Origin: a virus
Lineage: Duplodnaviria > Caudoviricetes
Length of the DNA stretch: 64,000 nt
Virus record (IMG/VR): IMGVR_UViG_3300014204_000011
Span: 1 to 64,000 of that record
Strand: one strand, 5' to 3'
Shown here: positions 17,599 to 27,604 of the stretch, in pieces
How the letters are laid out: each line of letters starts with the position of its first letter
Numbering within the stretch: the stretch's first letter is position 1
Position numbers and translations under genes: made by a program
Notes under the pieces: generated by a model
What the model saw: only the letters and a program-made list of their open reading frames with translations
Database searches by the model: none
What the model was told of the DNA's origin: nothing

Positions 17599-19201
17599 AG
17601 ATACATATCTTGATGCTTTTAACGCCGGTCGTGCAGCCGTTAAAGCTGCTGACCGAGCTTTATATAATTCAGTTCCTAAAGGAATACAATATAACTGGCT
17701 TCATAACGTAAACTACAATAATGTAGTTTATCCTATAGATAAAATCCCCGATAGATTATTAAGACTCATAGAAAGAAAAAATCCCGTAGTTGGTGCTATT
17801 ACTACTTTGCGTATTCAGCAGGGTATTGAATATGCACATATCAGCCATGATAAAGATGTGCCTGGTTGGGAAATATGTTTATCAGATGAAAAAGCCACAA
17901 TAAGCCCTGATCAGGAAAAGCAAAAGAAATTTCTTGAAAATATTCTCATGTATGGACATAGAGAAGATTATGCGCCTTATCAGGTTTCGGACATGCCTCC
18001 AACTTTCAGAGAACGTATGACTATGTATATGAGAGACAGACTTTTAATTGATAAAGTTTGTTGGGAAATAGAAAGAAACCGTAAAGGTGAAACTGTTGCG
18101 CTCTGGACTCTTGACGGTGCGACTATATATCCGGTTTTACCTGGTGGATTTTATGGCAGTGTATCTCAAATTAGCACGGGTATGATAGGTGGATTTAATA
18201 AACTTACCGATGAAATAAGAAAAGCAAAGATTGAAAATATACCTCCGGTTGAAGAAATTGCTTTTGTACAGGAGCTTTTATATGGTATGTCTGGTGGAGG
18301 AATTGCTGCTGCTTTTAGGAATACTGATCTTATTTATGATATAAGCTCAGATCTTAATGATATTAGATATTATAAACAAGGTTATTCTGTAGTTGAAAAA
18401 GCTAATATGGCAGTTACGGCTTTTATAAATTCGTTGTCTTATAATAGCAACGGACTTTCAAGAGGTGCAATCCCGAAAGTTGCTATAGCTATGGGAAAAG
18501 AAAGCGGATATACACAACCACAGCTTGAAGACATGCAAGATGAGTGGATGGCTAATTTTGAAGGTGTAGACGGTCAATGGAATATCCCTCTTCTTAATGG
18601 TGATGCTAAAATATTAAATCTCATGCCTAATAATAGAGATATGGAATATCAGAAATATATGGAATTTTGCGGTGCATTGATTTGTTCAATCATGGGTGCA
18701 GATCCGGCAGAAGCTGGGCTTAGATTTAACCAGGCTCAAAATGTATTATCAGAAAACCAAGATGCAAAACAAGTATTTTCTAAGAACAGAGGACTTAATC
18801 AGCTCTTAGGAGATTTTGCATATATTGTTAATCGTTGGCTAAGAGAAAGCGGATATAAGTTTGGAAGAGAATTTGTATTTAAGTTTAATGGACTTGTTAA
18901 TTCTGATAAAGGATTTGAAGCAGATCTGTTAAAGAAAAAAGCTGAAACTTATATGGAAGTTAACGAAATAAGAAAAGAACTTGGTTTAAAACCTCTTAAA
19001 GACGGAGATATAATTCTTAATAGTATATATTTACAGGCTAAACAGGCTAATGCAATGTCAGAGCAAGGTGGGGGAGAAGATGGAGCTGAAGGTGAAAGTG
19101 ACGAAACAGGTTTTGGTGGATTTAGCGAAGATGATATTGACGGAGCTGTTGACGAAGCCGTATCAGGTATGGAAAAAGCAAAAAGCATAAGATTAATATA
19201 A
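17543..19201 (+). CDS. portal protein
   Basis: 552 aa after terL; RDRLLIDKVCWEIERNRKG, SRGAIPK, WNIPLL, RDMEY and EIRKELGLKPL motifs; acidic tail ending in MEKA. Confidence 0.88.
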   Translation: MAKKKNQKNLQPQQSQLSKDTYLDAFNAGRAAVKAADRALYNSVPKGIQYNWLHNVNYNNVVYPIDKIPDRLLRLIERKNPVVGAITTLRIQQGIEYAHISHDKDVPGWEICLSDEKATISPDQEKQKKFLENILMYGHREDYAPYQVSDMPPTFRERMTMYMRDRLLIDKVCWEIERNRKGETVALWTLDGATIYPVLPGGFYGSVSQISTGMIGGFNKLTDEIRKAKIENIPPVEEIAFVQELLYGMSGGGIAAAFRNTDLIYDISSDLNDIRYYKQGYSVVEKANMAVTAFINSLSYNSNGLSRGAIPKVAIAMGKESGYTQPQLEDMQDEWMANFEGVDGQWNIPLLNGDAKILNLMPNNRDMEYQKYMEFCGALICSIMGADPAEAGLRFNQAQNVLSENQDAKQVFSKNRGLNQLLGDFAYIVNRWLRESGYKFGREFVFKFNGLVNSDKGFEADLLKKKAETYMEVNEIRKELGLKPLKDGDIILNSIYLQAKQANAMSEQGGGEDGAEGESDETGFGGFSEDDIDGAVDEAVSGMEKAKSIRLI

Positions 19202-19216
19202 CGAGGTATAATAATT

Positions 19217-20311
19217 ATGACGGTTAATAGATTAAATATAAGAGCTTGCCAAGTTCTTTATCTTGCAAAAACATATGATGTGCTGATTGGTATTTATCAT
19301 GATGATGAACTTGATAATGCTCTTCAGGAATGGGCCTTGAATAAATGGGGTGTAGCTCTTTCTTTACCGGCTGCGCTTGTATATAATAAAGATGTTACGG
19401 AAGTCCTGACTTCAATGGCTATTGACAGTTATGCGTATTTGCAAAGCCCTGTAAGCGCATATATGGATATGCCTAGATATGCAGGTATAAAAGGAACTTT
19501 TCCCACTCTTCCCGTTGTTCTTGATACTAACAGTAAATATGTATGTCCGGAAACAGATATTTATATTTATTCTCTAGCTGGACAGGATGGGGTTTTCGGA
19601 GAATATAGTGTAGCCGAACTTGCTCTTACGCCGAATGTAGGAATAAACTTTTTAGGCATATCTTATGCTAGTGCCGTTCCTGTATGGGTGTTTTATACTG
19701 CTGAAACATCTTATAATTATTCTTCTATAATTCCAGTTGCTACAGTTCTCTATTTTCAAAGCACAATATTTAATATTCCATTTGGTCAAACCGGTTATGG
19801 ACTTGCTGAAAAAAGTCTTAAAGTAGGACATAGACGTAAAAAATTTGAAATACTTGATACTTATACTTTCGTTAATTCAGGTCTTTATGTTGAATTGAGT
19901 GCATTAAAAGTCAGTAACGGAGTAGAAGAAATAGATTGCCTGGCAATGGACACACAGACATTGCTAAATGATATGTATTTATATTATAAAGACAGTTCTC
20001 AGGTATGGCAGACTTCAAAAGTGACAACGATTGATAATCTTCAATATCAGAGTGCTTCCGGTCTTGCTAATCTAAGTGCTGGAGAATTTGTTATAAATAA
20101 CATCTTTAGAGTTGTTACAGAAGATGGATTATTATTATTTAATGTACTTTCTAATAAATTTGCAACTGCTCAATTAGCAATGAATTCCGGAGAAGTTGAA
20201 ATACCTGCGATTATAAGAGATAGTGCCGTTTGTGTAGGCCGGTTTATAATTGAACAGGCTTCCAGTTCTCCAGTTGTACAAAAAGTTCAAAAAGTAATAT
20301 TTGGTAATTAA
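19217..20311 (+). CDS. putative virion structural protein
   Basis: 364-aa beta-rich ORF directly after portal. Confidence 0.5.
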   Translation: MTVNRLNIRACQVLYLAKTYDVLIGIYHDDELDNALQEWALNKWGVALSLPAALVYNKDVTEVLTSMAIDSYAYLQSPVSAYMDMPRYAGIKGTFPTLPVVLDTNSKYVCPETDIYIYSLAGQDGVFGEYSVAELALTPNVGINFLGISYASAVPVWVFYTAETSYNYSSIIPVATVLYFQSTIFNIPFGQTGYGLAEKSLKVGHRRKKFEILDTYTFVNSGLYVELSALKVSNGVEEIDCLAMDTQTLLNDMYLYYKDSSQVWQTSKVTTIDNLQYQSASGLANLSAGEFVINNIFRVVTEDGLLLFNVLSNKFATAQLAMNSGEVEIPAIIRDSAVCVGRFIIEQASSSPVVQKVQKVIFGN

Positions 20312-20313
20312 AA

Positions 20314-20922
20314 ATGAATAGGGGAACATTTGATAAATTATCCACATTGAAGTCGATGTTCCCGTTTGTGGAAGATGGGGATTATGCAGAAGTTTCTGAA
20401 ACTAGTTTAACTTATGTTTTTAGTCAAGGAAGCTGGAATCCTGGAACACCTGCTGCTTATTCTAATACATTTATAGAATTACCGGATACTCCACTGACTT
20501 ATAAAGGTAGTGTCGGTCGTGCTGCTGTTGTTAATCCTGAAGAAGATGCTCTTATTTTTGTCTCCACGGAAGGAACAGGAGATATGCTTGTTGTAGTATA
20601 TGATCCACAAGGGATAAATGATGATGCTTTTGATGTAGATAATCATACAGATGGTATAATAAATAAAGTTTTTTCTGCTGAAGAAAAAATAAAAATAGAT
20701 AATCATATTGCTATAACAGATGGGAATCCTCATGGTACTGATAAAATTGATATAGGTTTAGGAAATGTTACAAATAATGCACAAATTAAAAAAATTTCTT
20801 CATCAGTCAATGGAAATTTATTAGAATGGGATGGAATTACGGGTGATACTGTTAAAGATTCGGGTTCATCAATATCAGATTTGGAAATTTTTTTTACATC
20901 ATTTTCTATAGCTTTAGGATAG
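20314..20922 (+). CDS. fibre/appendage-type virion protein
   Basis: HIAITDGNPHGTDKIDIGLGNVTN matches the phage fibre NPH...GLGNV motif. Confidence 0.6.
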   Translation: MNRGTFDKLSTLKSMFPFVEDGDYAEVSETSLTYVFSQGSWNPGTPAAYSNTFIELPDTPLTYKGSVGRAAVVNPEEDALIFVSTEGTGDMLVVVYDPQGINDDAFDVDNHTDGIINKVFSAEEKIKIDNHIAITDGNPHGTDKIDIGLGNVTNNAQIKKISSSVNGNLLEWDGITGDTVKDSGSSISDLEIFFTSFSIALG

Positions 20923-20929
20923 GTGAGAT

Positions 20930-22270
20930 ATGAAACAATTAATCGGACATGATATAGGAACTTATGTTTTTGATAAAGTCGCAAAAACTATAAAATTTTC
21001 TGGTGTTACTATTACACAAGATCAAATATTATCAATTACAAATACAACTCATGGAATAGTATTATATTTATTTAATAAATCTACACTTTCTGGTTCTTTT
21101 TCAGTCGATACATTGACGCTTGATTATGATACCTCTTCAATGGCAAATACAGATAAATTACAAATATTTATAGATATACCGAATGTAATAGAAATTATAA
21201 AACCAGTTGATGAATTAGACGTTGCTTATGGTATAAAACAAATTGATGGAAAGCCTAGAGTTTCATCAATGCCTTATGTTTATGATATTGCAGAAGGAAA
21301 TGTTCTTAATCATTATCCATTGACAAAAATAGGATATTTGCCTTCATTTACTCAGAATGTAAATACTGATGTTTGGAGTTATGGAGGAGTACAACCTGTA
21401 TATTTATTTCCTGACGTTGCTATGGGTATGGAATTTTTAAGCTCTGATAATACTGATGATATAGGTACAGTTATAAAATCAGGAACATCTACAGGTGGAA
21501 CAATTACAAGTCTTATAGATTCAGGAGTTGATTTTACTACCGCTACAGCAGTGGCAGTAGGAGATTGTGTAGTGCTTGATAAATCAGGAACTACACCTGA
21601 ATTTGGATATGTAACTGCAATAGCGCAACATGAACTTACAATAGCAGGTGGATTTAGTTCTGGTGGATCTGGATTATCTAGGGCTTATGAGATAATAGAC
21701 TCAAGTGCTCATGATGGAGGACATGCCGTAGAAATATCCGGTTTAAATGGGAATTATGAAGAACAAAAAGAAATAGGAATTTTAAACGGAACTACTGTAA
21801 TACCAACAGTTAAATTAACATGGTTTAGAATAAATAGTTTTAGAATAATAGCTGCTGGTGTAAATAAATTACCAACAGGAAATTTAACCATTCGACATAT
21901 AAACAATACTCCTGTTTATAGTTATATTACGACAAAATTCACTAGAGCGAGAAATGCTATGTATAATACTGTTCCTTTAGGTAAAAATTTATATGTGACA
22001 GATGTTTCTGGTGGTTATGCAATAGCAGGAAGCCCAAACAAAGAATATTGTAGAATTACAACAAAAGCAAATATTGATCCTACAACTAAATTTAAAACAG
22101 ATGGAATATTTTATCCTTTTACCGATTTATTTGCACAAAATATATCTGTTTCAATAATGTTTACTATGCCTACAAAATTACCTCAGAAGACAGATATAAA
22201 AATTTCAGCGATAGGCAGTGCGAGTGGATCAGTAATTTCAACATTAAGAGGTTGGTTGGAATCAAATTAA
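20930..22270 (+). CDS. putative virion appendage protein
   Basis: Gly/Thr/Ser-rich beta protein; N-terminal YVFDKVAKTIKF...LTLDYDTSSM domain recalled from phage structural proteins. Confidence 0.5.
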   Translation: MKQLIGHDIGTYVFDKVAKTIKFSGVTITQDQILSITNTTHGIVLYLFNKSTLSGSFSVDTLTLDYDTSSMANTDKLQIFIDIPNVIEIIKPVDELDVAYGIKQIDGKPRVSSMPYVYDIAEGNVLNHYPLTKIGYLPSFTQNVNTDVWSYGGVQPVYLFPDVAMGMEFLSSDNTDDIGTVIKSGTSTGGTITSLIDSGVDFTTATAVAVGDCVVLDKSGTTPEFGYVTAIAQHELTIAGGFSSGGSGLSRAYEIIDSSAHDGGHAVEISGLNGNYEEQKEIGILNGTTVIPTVKLTWFRINSFRIIAAGVNKLPTGNLTIRHINNTPVYSYITTKFTRARNAMYNTVPLGKNLYVTDVSGGYAIAGSPNKEYCRITTKANIDPTTKFKTDGIFYPFTDLFAQNISVSIMFTMPTKLPQKTDIKISAIGSASGSVISTLRGWLESN

Positions 22271-22308
22271 ATTTAAAGTACGTCAGAGGACGAAAAAGGT
22301 ATGAAGTC

Positions 22309-22623
22309 ATGCAGCAACAACAATTTCAGATTTCAAATGAAATTTTATTACAGATTATTGTCTGGCTTGGTTCTGTCAGTATTGGTTTGTTATTTACTAT
22401 CGGGGGTATTATTTTATATGTATTTAGAAAATCTACCAAAGACAATGACAGTGAACACTGTAGAATTGAAACCGATAATAATTCAGAACATATTAGAATT
22501 GAAAAAACGATAACAGATAAATGTAGTGAAATATCTTCTAATCTCTGTATTTTTAGAAAAGAAATTAGAGATGATATAAAAGGAGTCCACGCTAGAATAG
22601 ATTCACATTTAGAGGTAGAATAA
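22309..22623 (+). CDS. single-TM holin/antiholin-like protein
   Basis: hydrophobic ILLQIIVWLGSVSIGLLFTIGGIILYVF followed by coiled coil; internal repeat DNDSEHCRIE/DNNSEHIRIE. Confidence 0.5.
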   Translation: MQQQQFQISNEILLQIIVWLGSVSIGLLFTIGGIILYVFRKSTKDNDSEHCRIETDNNSEHIRIEKTITDKCSEISSNLCIFRKEIRDDIKGVHARIDSHLEVE

Positions 22624-23181
22624 ATGAATAAATCACAAGCAAATATTTTAATTTCAATAATAGAAACTCATTTTCAGTTTCAAAAACAACATCCAGGAAA
22701 AAGATCTATTCTTTTTGATGATATTAAGAAAGTTCTGGAATGCTCTCAAGATTATGCTGAAAAATTTGCTAGTACACATTGTAATATGGTTAGTTTTTGG
22801 GGACTTAATTATTCTCAGAAATTAACTACTATGCAGTATGATGAATTTTTTGAAAATATGCTTGAAAATAATTTTTGCAATAAAGAAGGTAAGATCAAAG
22901 TTGAAAAAGGTGTTGTCTGTGAACAAATCTTTGGATATGATTTTAAAATTAAATATTTTGAAGACTATGAAGATGTTTTAAACCCTTTGACAAGATTAAA
23001 TCCTGAAAAAGGATATCAGCTTAAAATGAAAGGCGATACAAGCGGATTTCATTTTATTGCATGTTATATAGATGTTGAAACCGGTTTAATGATGGGTGTA
23101 GATTCAAGTTATAGAGGTACACCTTTTATATTATCCGAAAAAGTTAATTCTAAAAATTTTATATGGTTATTAGAGGTTTAA
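22624..23181 (+). CDS. putative C39-like cysteine peptidase (candidate endolysin)
   Basis: HCNMVS, FHFIAC and GVDSSY give papain-like C/H/D order; lysis-type context. Confidence 0.35.
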   Translation: MNKSQANILISIIETHFQFQKQHPGKRSILFDDIKKVLECSQDYAEKFASTHCNMVSFWGLNYSQKLTTMQYDEFFENMLENNFCNKEGKIKVEKGVVCEQIFGYDFKIKYFEDYEDVLNPLTRLNPEKGYQLKMKGDTSGFHFIACYIDVETGLMMGVDSSYRGTPFILSEKVNSKNFIWLLEV

Positions 23182-23182
23182 A

Positions 23183-23380
23183 ATGACTAAAAAGCATGAA
23201 ATAGATAATAAATATGAAGCAGGTACAAGCATTTTCAAAGAAACTTTAAAAAAATGGTGGGCCGTAGCTTTTTTAATAATAATTTCAGGAGCAATATTTT
23301 TTATCTTGCAAATTAAAACATTTCAGTGTGGTAATGTAGTTATTGAGAAAGATCCAATAAAAACACCATTAAAAAAATAA
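23183..23380 (+). CDS. small single-TM protein (holin/i-spanin-like)
   Basis: KKWWAVAFLIIISGAIFFILQIK. Confidence 0.45.
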   Translation: MTKKHEIDNKYEAGTSIFKETLKKWWAVAFLIIISGAIFFILQIKTFQCGNVVIEKDPIKTPLKK

Positions 23381-23390
23381 GGAGAATATA

Positions 23391-24155
23391 ATGATTAGAG
23401 ATTTTCTTATTGTAATATTTATTTTTTGTTTAACTCTTGCGTCTTATGCTTCAGAATATGAGTCTCCAATGTCAATTTACAAAGATAATTATATAATTGC
23501 CGGAGATAAAGACAATCAGGTAAAAATTCAATTATCAGCAAAATTTAATATTTTTTATCCTTCAAATACCGGATTTAATTTGGGTTATACGCAATTAAGC
23601 AATTGGTATTGTTATGGCGACAGAGATACTTTTTATACTATGTACTGCCCTGAAGTTTTTTATAGATTTGAAAGTGGTAATAATCTATTTGATAATGCTG
23701 TTATACCTTTTATAGATTTTTTACAAGTATCTCCAATAGAACATAATAGTACAGGTGTTGAAGGTGAAAATCATAGAAGTATAAATCAATATTATGCACA
23801 GGCTCAATTAAGTTATGGAGAGGTTTATAATGTAGGTGCTGGCGGTAAATATTTTAGATACTATTCTATAAGTGATAAAAATGAAGATATAAATAAATAC
23901 AGAAAAAATTATGAAGCAGATATATTTTTTAAAATACGATCTAAAACTGTAAATTATTTAGATAAAGAGGAACTACATTTTAAATTTGGCGGTAATCCTT
24001 TAGGTAATGGCTGGTATTGTATAGAGGCTCAATTCAGGCTTATATCAAGTAAATTTCAGCCAAAATTTATGATCCAATACTATAAAGGATATTCGGAATT
24101 CATGGTTCAATATAATCGCAAAGATGAAGCGGTAAGGATAGGGTTAGTATTTTGA
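23391..24155 (+). CDS. pldA: outer-membrane phospholipase A (OMPLA)
   Basis: signal peptide; NY..., VKIQLS and YTQLSNW motifs; HNSTGVEGENHRSIN has the H/S/N triad spacing of E. coli HDSNGRSDPTSRSWN; C-terminal Phe. Confidence 0.88.
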   Translation: MIRDFLIVIFIFCLTLASYASEYESPMSIYKDNYIIAGDKDNQVKIQLSAKFNIFYPSNTGFNLGYTQLSNWYCYGDRDTFYTMYCPEVFYRFESGNNLFDNAVIPFIDFLQVSPIEHNSTGVEGENHRSINQYYAQAQLSYGEVYNVGAGGKYFRYYSISDKNEDINKYRKNYEADIFFKIRSKTVNYLDKEELHFKFGGNPLGNGWYCIEAQFRLISSKFQPKFMIQYYKGYSEFMVQYNRKDEAVRIGLVF

Positions 24156-24319
24156 GTAATATAAAAATACCGGCAGAAATATGGTGTAGAACTTGCGGTT
24201 ATTTTCGACCTATAGCAAATCAAAATAAAGGTAAAGCTGAAGAATTTAGAGAAAGAGTTAATTTAAAAGTTCCTTCTCATGAAGTTTTATCTTCTCAAGT
24301 TAAAAGGAGTATATCATGA
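24152..24319 (+). CDS. 55-aa stand-alone NrdD C-terminal (glycyl-radical) domain-like peptide
   Basis: TTG start overlapping the pldA stop; EIWCRTCGYFRPIANQNKGKAEEFRER matches the class III RNR tail R(V)CGYxRP..xNxGKxxEFxxR. Confidence 0.75.
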   Translation: MSNIKIPAEIWCRTCGYFRPIANQNKGKAEEFRERVNLKVPSHEVLSSQVKRSIS

Positions 24320-24648
24320 ATAAAATAAAAATAATAATTATATGTCTTTTAATTCTTTCCGGTGCTGCTAATATTTTTTTCTTATCTGGTTGTAAAAGCT
24401 TTGATCCTGTAATCGTTCCAGGTCAACCGGATGAATGTAATGATTTTTATTCAGTTATGAAATATTATTCAGTTGAGGGCAAAGACAGTGCTTTTGTCGG
24501 TACAGTTTATAATGAATGTAAAATAGCAAGAACTAGTGTTCGTTTACAAATTAGAGAGAAACACTGTAAAGAACTTATATATGGTCAAGTTGAATTAGAT
24601 AAAGCTGATTATAAGAGATATTCAGAATATCAGGAATGTTTGAAATAG
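24316..24648 (+). CDS. lipoprotein (o-spanin candidate)
   Basis: AAGGAG RBS; hydrophobic leader ending in the LSGC lipobox; several Cys. Confidence 0.7.
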   Translation: MNKIKIIIICLLILSGAANIFFLSGCKSFDPVIVPGQPDECNDFYSVMKYYSVEGKDSAFVGTVYNECKIARTSVRLQIREKHCKELIYGQVELDKADYKRYSEYQECLK

Positions 24649-24654
24649 ATATTT

Positions 24655-26043
24655 ATGCCTGATGATAAAGACCAACAACATGAAGTCAAAGAAGAAAGAT
24701 ATGTTGAAGATTTAATTCTTTATTATCAGACTTATGTAAATGCGGTTATAAATGAAATATTTGTAGGTATAGGCATAAGTCTTGGTCAGACAGAAAAACA
24801 AGCTTATGCAATGGCTAAGACAGATCCTAAAAAACTTGAAAAAGCATTTTTTAAAGATGTATTTGAAAAGTTTAAAAATGTATTCAAACATAAAATTCCT
24901 AAATTCAGATTAAAACAAAATATATTTAACAAAGGCAAGCCATTAACCGAAAAGCAATGGGATGTTATAAGTAAAGCAATAGCTGAATACTGGAAACAAA
25001 ATACTTCCAAAGTCACTGAAGATGTAACTGTAAAAGGTTATGTGCTAGGCATAAAATCCTCTAAATATCGTAAAACTAAAATTGATAACACTAAGAAAAC
25101 CTTACCTGAAATAATCAAACATGAAGAAAAGGAAAGCGGAAAAAAATTTGCAGATAAGTTTGAAGAAGCTTATAAACGCTATGATTTTAAAAATAGTGAA
25201 AAAAATGCTATGAACAGGGCTTTTTCAAATATAGCTATGCACGTTTCTGATACTGGTGATGGAGTTAAGCAAGCCATAAGAAAAGTTGTTACTGAAGGTA
25301 TAAATGAAGGTAAAAGTCCGGTTGAAACTGCTTCAGATCTATATTGGAATATTCAGAAAGAAACCGGTAATGAAACTGCTGAAAGTGTAAGAAAAAATTG
25401 GAATAGGATTGCTGCAACAGAAATGAATTCAATATTTGAAGCCGGTATTTTAGCTCCTTATGAAGCACAGGCTATGGAAAGCTTGAAGACCGGTAAGGGT
25501 GTTTATTTTGTCAGAGTAAACGGAACGTGCGATTGGTGTAAACCAAGACAGGGTACTATAGTTAGATTAGTTCCTACAAGCATAGTAGGTGATGTAAATG
25601 ATGACAGTTTAAAATCTATGGGTATTGATGATCCCTATACCGATATAGCTATATGGGTAGGTAAAAACAATGTAGGTAGGAAAAAACAGGACTGGCTTAT
25701 ATGCTGTCCTGCTCACCCATTTAACAGAGCAAGCTTTTCACTTATTGATTTAGATACACAAGAATATGAACCTAAATTTGGAAGAGTAGTTAATAAAGTT
25801 CCTGAAAGTTTAAAACAATATGGAATTAAAAGAGATACATCTTTTGCAACTCCGGAATATAAAGAAAGTAAAAAACCGGTTAAAATAGGTGATAATCTTG
25901 TAAGATTTTATGATAGTGTTTATGAAGCTGTAGACAAAGAAAATTATAATAAGAAATTAGAATTATGGAAAAAAGATCCATCTCAACCTATACCTGTTAG
26001 TCGTAGCAGTACAGATTATAAACATATTTTTGGTGATTTATAA
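24655..26043 (+). CDS. MuF/SPP1 gp7-like head morphogenesis protein
   Basis: NWNRIAATEMN, CDWC and CPAHPFNR motifs; LEKA site near the N-terminus. Confidence 0.8.
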   Translation: MPDDKDQQHEVKEERYVEDLILYYQTYVNAVINEIFVGIGISLGQTEKQAYAMAKTDPKKLEKAFFKDVFEKFKNVFKHKIPKFRLKQNIFNKGKPLTEKQWDVISKAIAEYWKQNTSKVTEDVTVKGYVLGIKSSKYRKTKIDNTKKTLPEIIKHEEKESGKKFADKFEEAYKRYDFKNSEKNAMNRAFSNIAMHVSDTGDGVKQAIRKVVTEGINEGKSPVETASDLYWNIQKETGNETAESVRKNWNRIAATEMNSIFEAGILAPYEAQAMESLKTGKGVYFVRVNGTCDWCKPRQGTIVRLVPTSIVGDVNDDSLKSMGIDDPYTDIAIWVGKNNVGRKKQDWLICCPAHPFNRASFSLIDLDTQEYEPKFGRVVNKVPESLKQYGIKRDTSFATPEYKESKKPVKIGDNLVRFYDSVYEAVDKENYNKKLELWKKDPSQPIPVSRSSTDYKHIFGDL

Positions 26044-26816
26044 TGATCTTTGATATTAATCAAGATATTATCATGGACACCATAATGTCAAATATTGAAA
26101 ATGCAAAAGAAGAATATATTCAAGAAATAATTGAACGTATAGATGATTCAATTCCTGGAGTTTTAGAATTACTTTTAAATGATTCCACTGAATATTGGAA
26201 AGAAACCGCAATAGGCAAAGGTGGTGGATGGGGAGAAATATATGCCAGTGCCATTAAAAATAAAGGTACAAGTGATGGTGGCGAAGTTTATATTGATGAA
26301 AGTGTAAAAGGTAAAAATAATAAACCTGCAAAAATGTTTTCAGAAATGGTAGAAAAAGGTGTTAAAAGTTGGTCAATACAAGATGCACTCTTAGCAAGTT
26401 CAAAGGCTAAAACAAGTAAAGATGGGATAAAATATATTGTAGTACCTTTTCCTGTTCGTACACCTTCTAAAAAAGGACAGGGTAAAGTAGGTTCAAGGTT
26501 TGGCGGTAGAGAGATGTCCTCTGATGTGTATAAAATTGTAAAAAGTGGTGGTAAAATATCTAAAGGAACAATGCTTACAACTGCATCAGGAAAAGAAATA
26601 GATATTGGAGGTCTTACAAGATTTCAAACACAAAAATTTCATAGTGGTTATGGTATATTTAGATGTGTAAGTAAAAATTCTAATGGATGGCAATATCCTG
26701 ATAAATCTCCAAGACCGGTATTTCCAAGTGTTGTAGATTATGTAAATAAAAGAGTGGCAGAAATAATTGAAGAACTCTGCCAAGCTATTGTTAAAGAATT
26801 TGATATGAGAGATTAA
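26043..26816 (+). CDS. neck/tail-completion-type structural protein
   Basis: YIVVPFPVRTP...GIFRCVSKNSNGWQYP pattern recalled from large-myophage neck proteins. Confidence 0.5.
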   Translation: MIFDINQDIIMDTIMSNIENAKEEYIQEIIERIDDSIPGVLELLLNDSTEYWKETAIGKGGGWGEIYASAIKNKGTSDGGEVYIDESVKGKNNKPAKMFSEMVEKGVKSWSIQDALLASSKAKTSKDGIKYIVVPFPVRTPSKKGQGKVGSRFGGREMSSDVYKIVKSGGKISKGTMLTTASGKEIDIGGLTRFQTQKFHSGYGIFRCVSKNSNGWQYPDKSPRPVFPSVVDYVNKRVAEIIEELCQAIVKEFDMRD

Positions 26817-27604
26817 TCAAAAACCTTAATCTTTATATTCTCACCAATTCTTGACGGATCTCCTCCATAAATATTAAGTTTATTTTTTATATCATCCTGA
26901 AGAGTATAATGAGTATTACCGTTCTTACATACTTTTAATTTAAAATACTCGTTTTCTGATTCAGGTTTTTTATTAGTTCTTAATTGATCTATAATTGTAT
27001 GATCTGGTAATTTTTTTCCGTCCAGGATATAACAAAGTTTCTCAAGATCATCTGTAATAGTTGGCTTATCTCTATAATAACCAAAAACACGAGAATAATC
27101 ATATGTGGTTATAATAAAGGTTGTATCTATGCCGTTATTGTTACGTTTCTTTTTAGTGCTGGAATTGTAATTACTACCTCCAGTATAATAATAACTGTCT
27201 GTAATTCGTTCATAAACTGATTTCATCATGGTTTTGATATTATCATAAATAATATCTTTTAAACTGGCTATATATCCTTCGGCGTTTTCAATAGTAAATA
27301 CGGGAAAATCAAATTGATCAATTTGTTTCTGCATTTTTTCATAATCAGTACAGAGCATATATTTTTCAAGTTCAAATAATCTGATAAGATATTGCCAGCA
27401 TGTTCTATCAATGTATTTTTCAGCTCTGTTATCACTATAATTATCAAATCTATATTCAATTCGATAAGGTCGATAACCTTTAATTTCAGAAAGATCTTTT
27501 TCTATTTCATTATCAAGCTTTTCAAGCATTGATAATTGAGTTAAAAGTATTTGTTTAAGATTAAATATTTCAGTTATTGATTTGCGCTTTACTGGTAAAT
27601 TCAT
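26813..27604 (-). CDS. DUF4942-like protein
   Basis: IDRTCWQYLI, DDLEKLCYILDGKKLPD and ENEYFKLKVCKNGNTH match the recalled DUF4942 pattern. Confidence 0.7.
   Translation of the reverse strand: MNLPVKRKSITEIFNLKQILLTQLSMLEKLDNEIEKDLSEIKGYRPYRIEYRFDNYSDNRAEKYIDRTCWQYLIRLFELEKYMLCTDYEKMQKQIDQFDFPVFTIENAEGYIASLKDIIYDNIKTMMKSVYERITDSYYYTGGSNYNSSTKKKRNNNGIDTTFIITTYDYSRVFGYYRDKPTITDDLEKLCYILDGKKLPDHTIIDQLRTNKKPESENEYFKLKVCKNGNTHYTLQDDIKNKLNIYGGDPSRIGENIKIKVFD

Noticed and set aside
12754-19201. Inteins or group I introns in TerL or portal
   Set aside because: Both ORFs are continuous, of ordinary length, and lack splice motifs or LAGLIDADG inserts.
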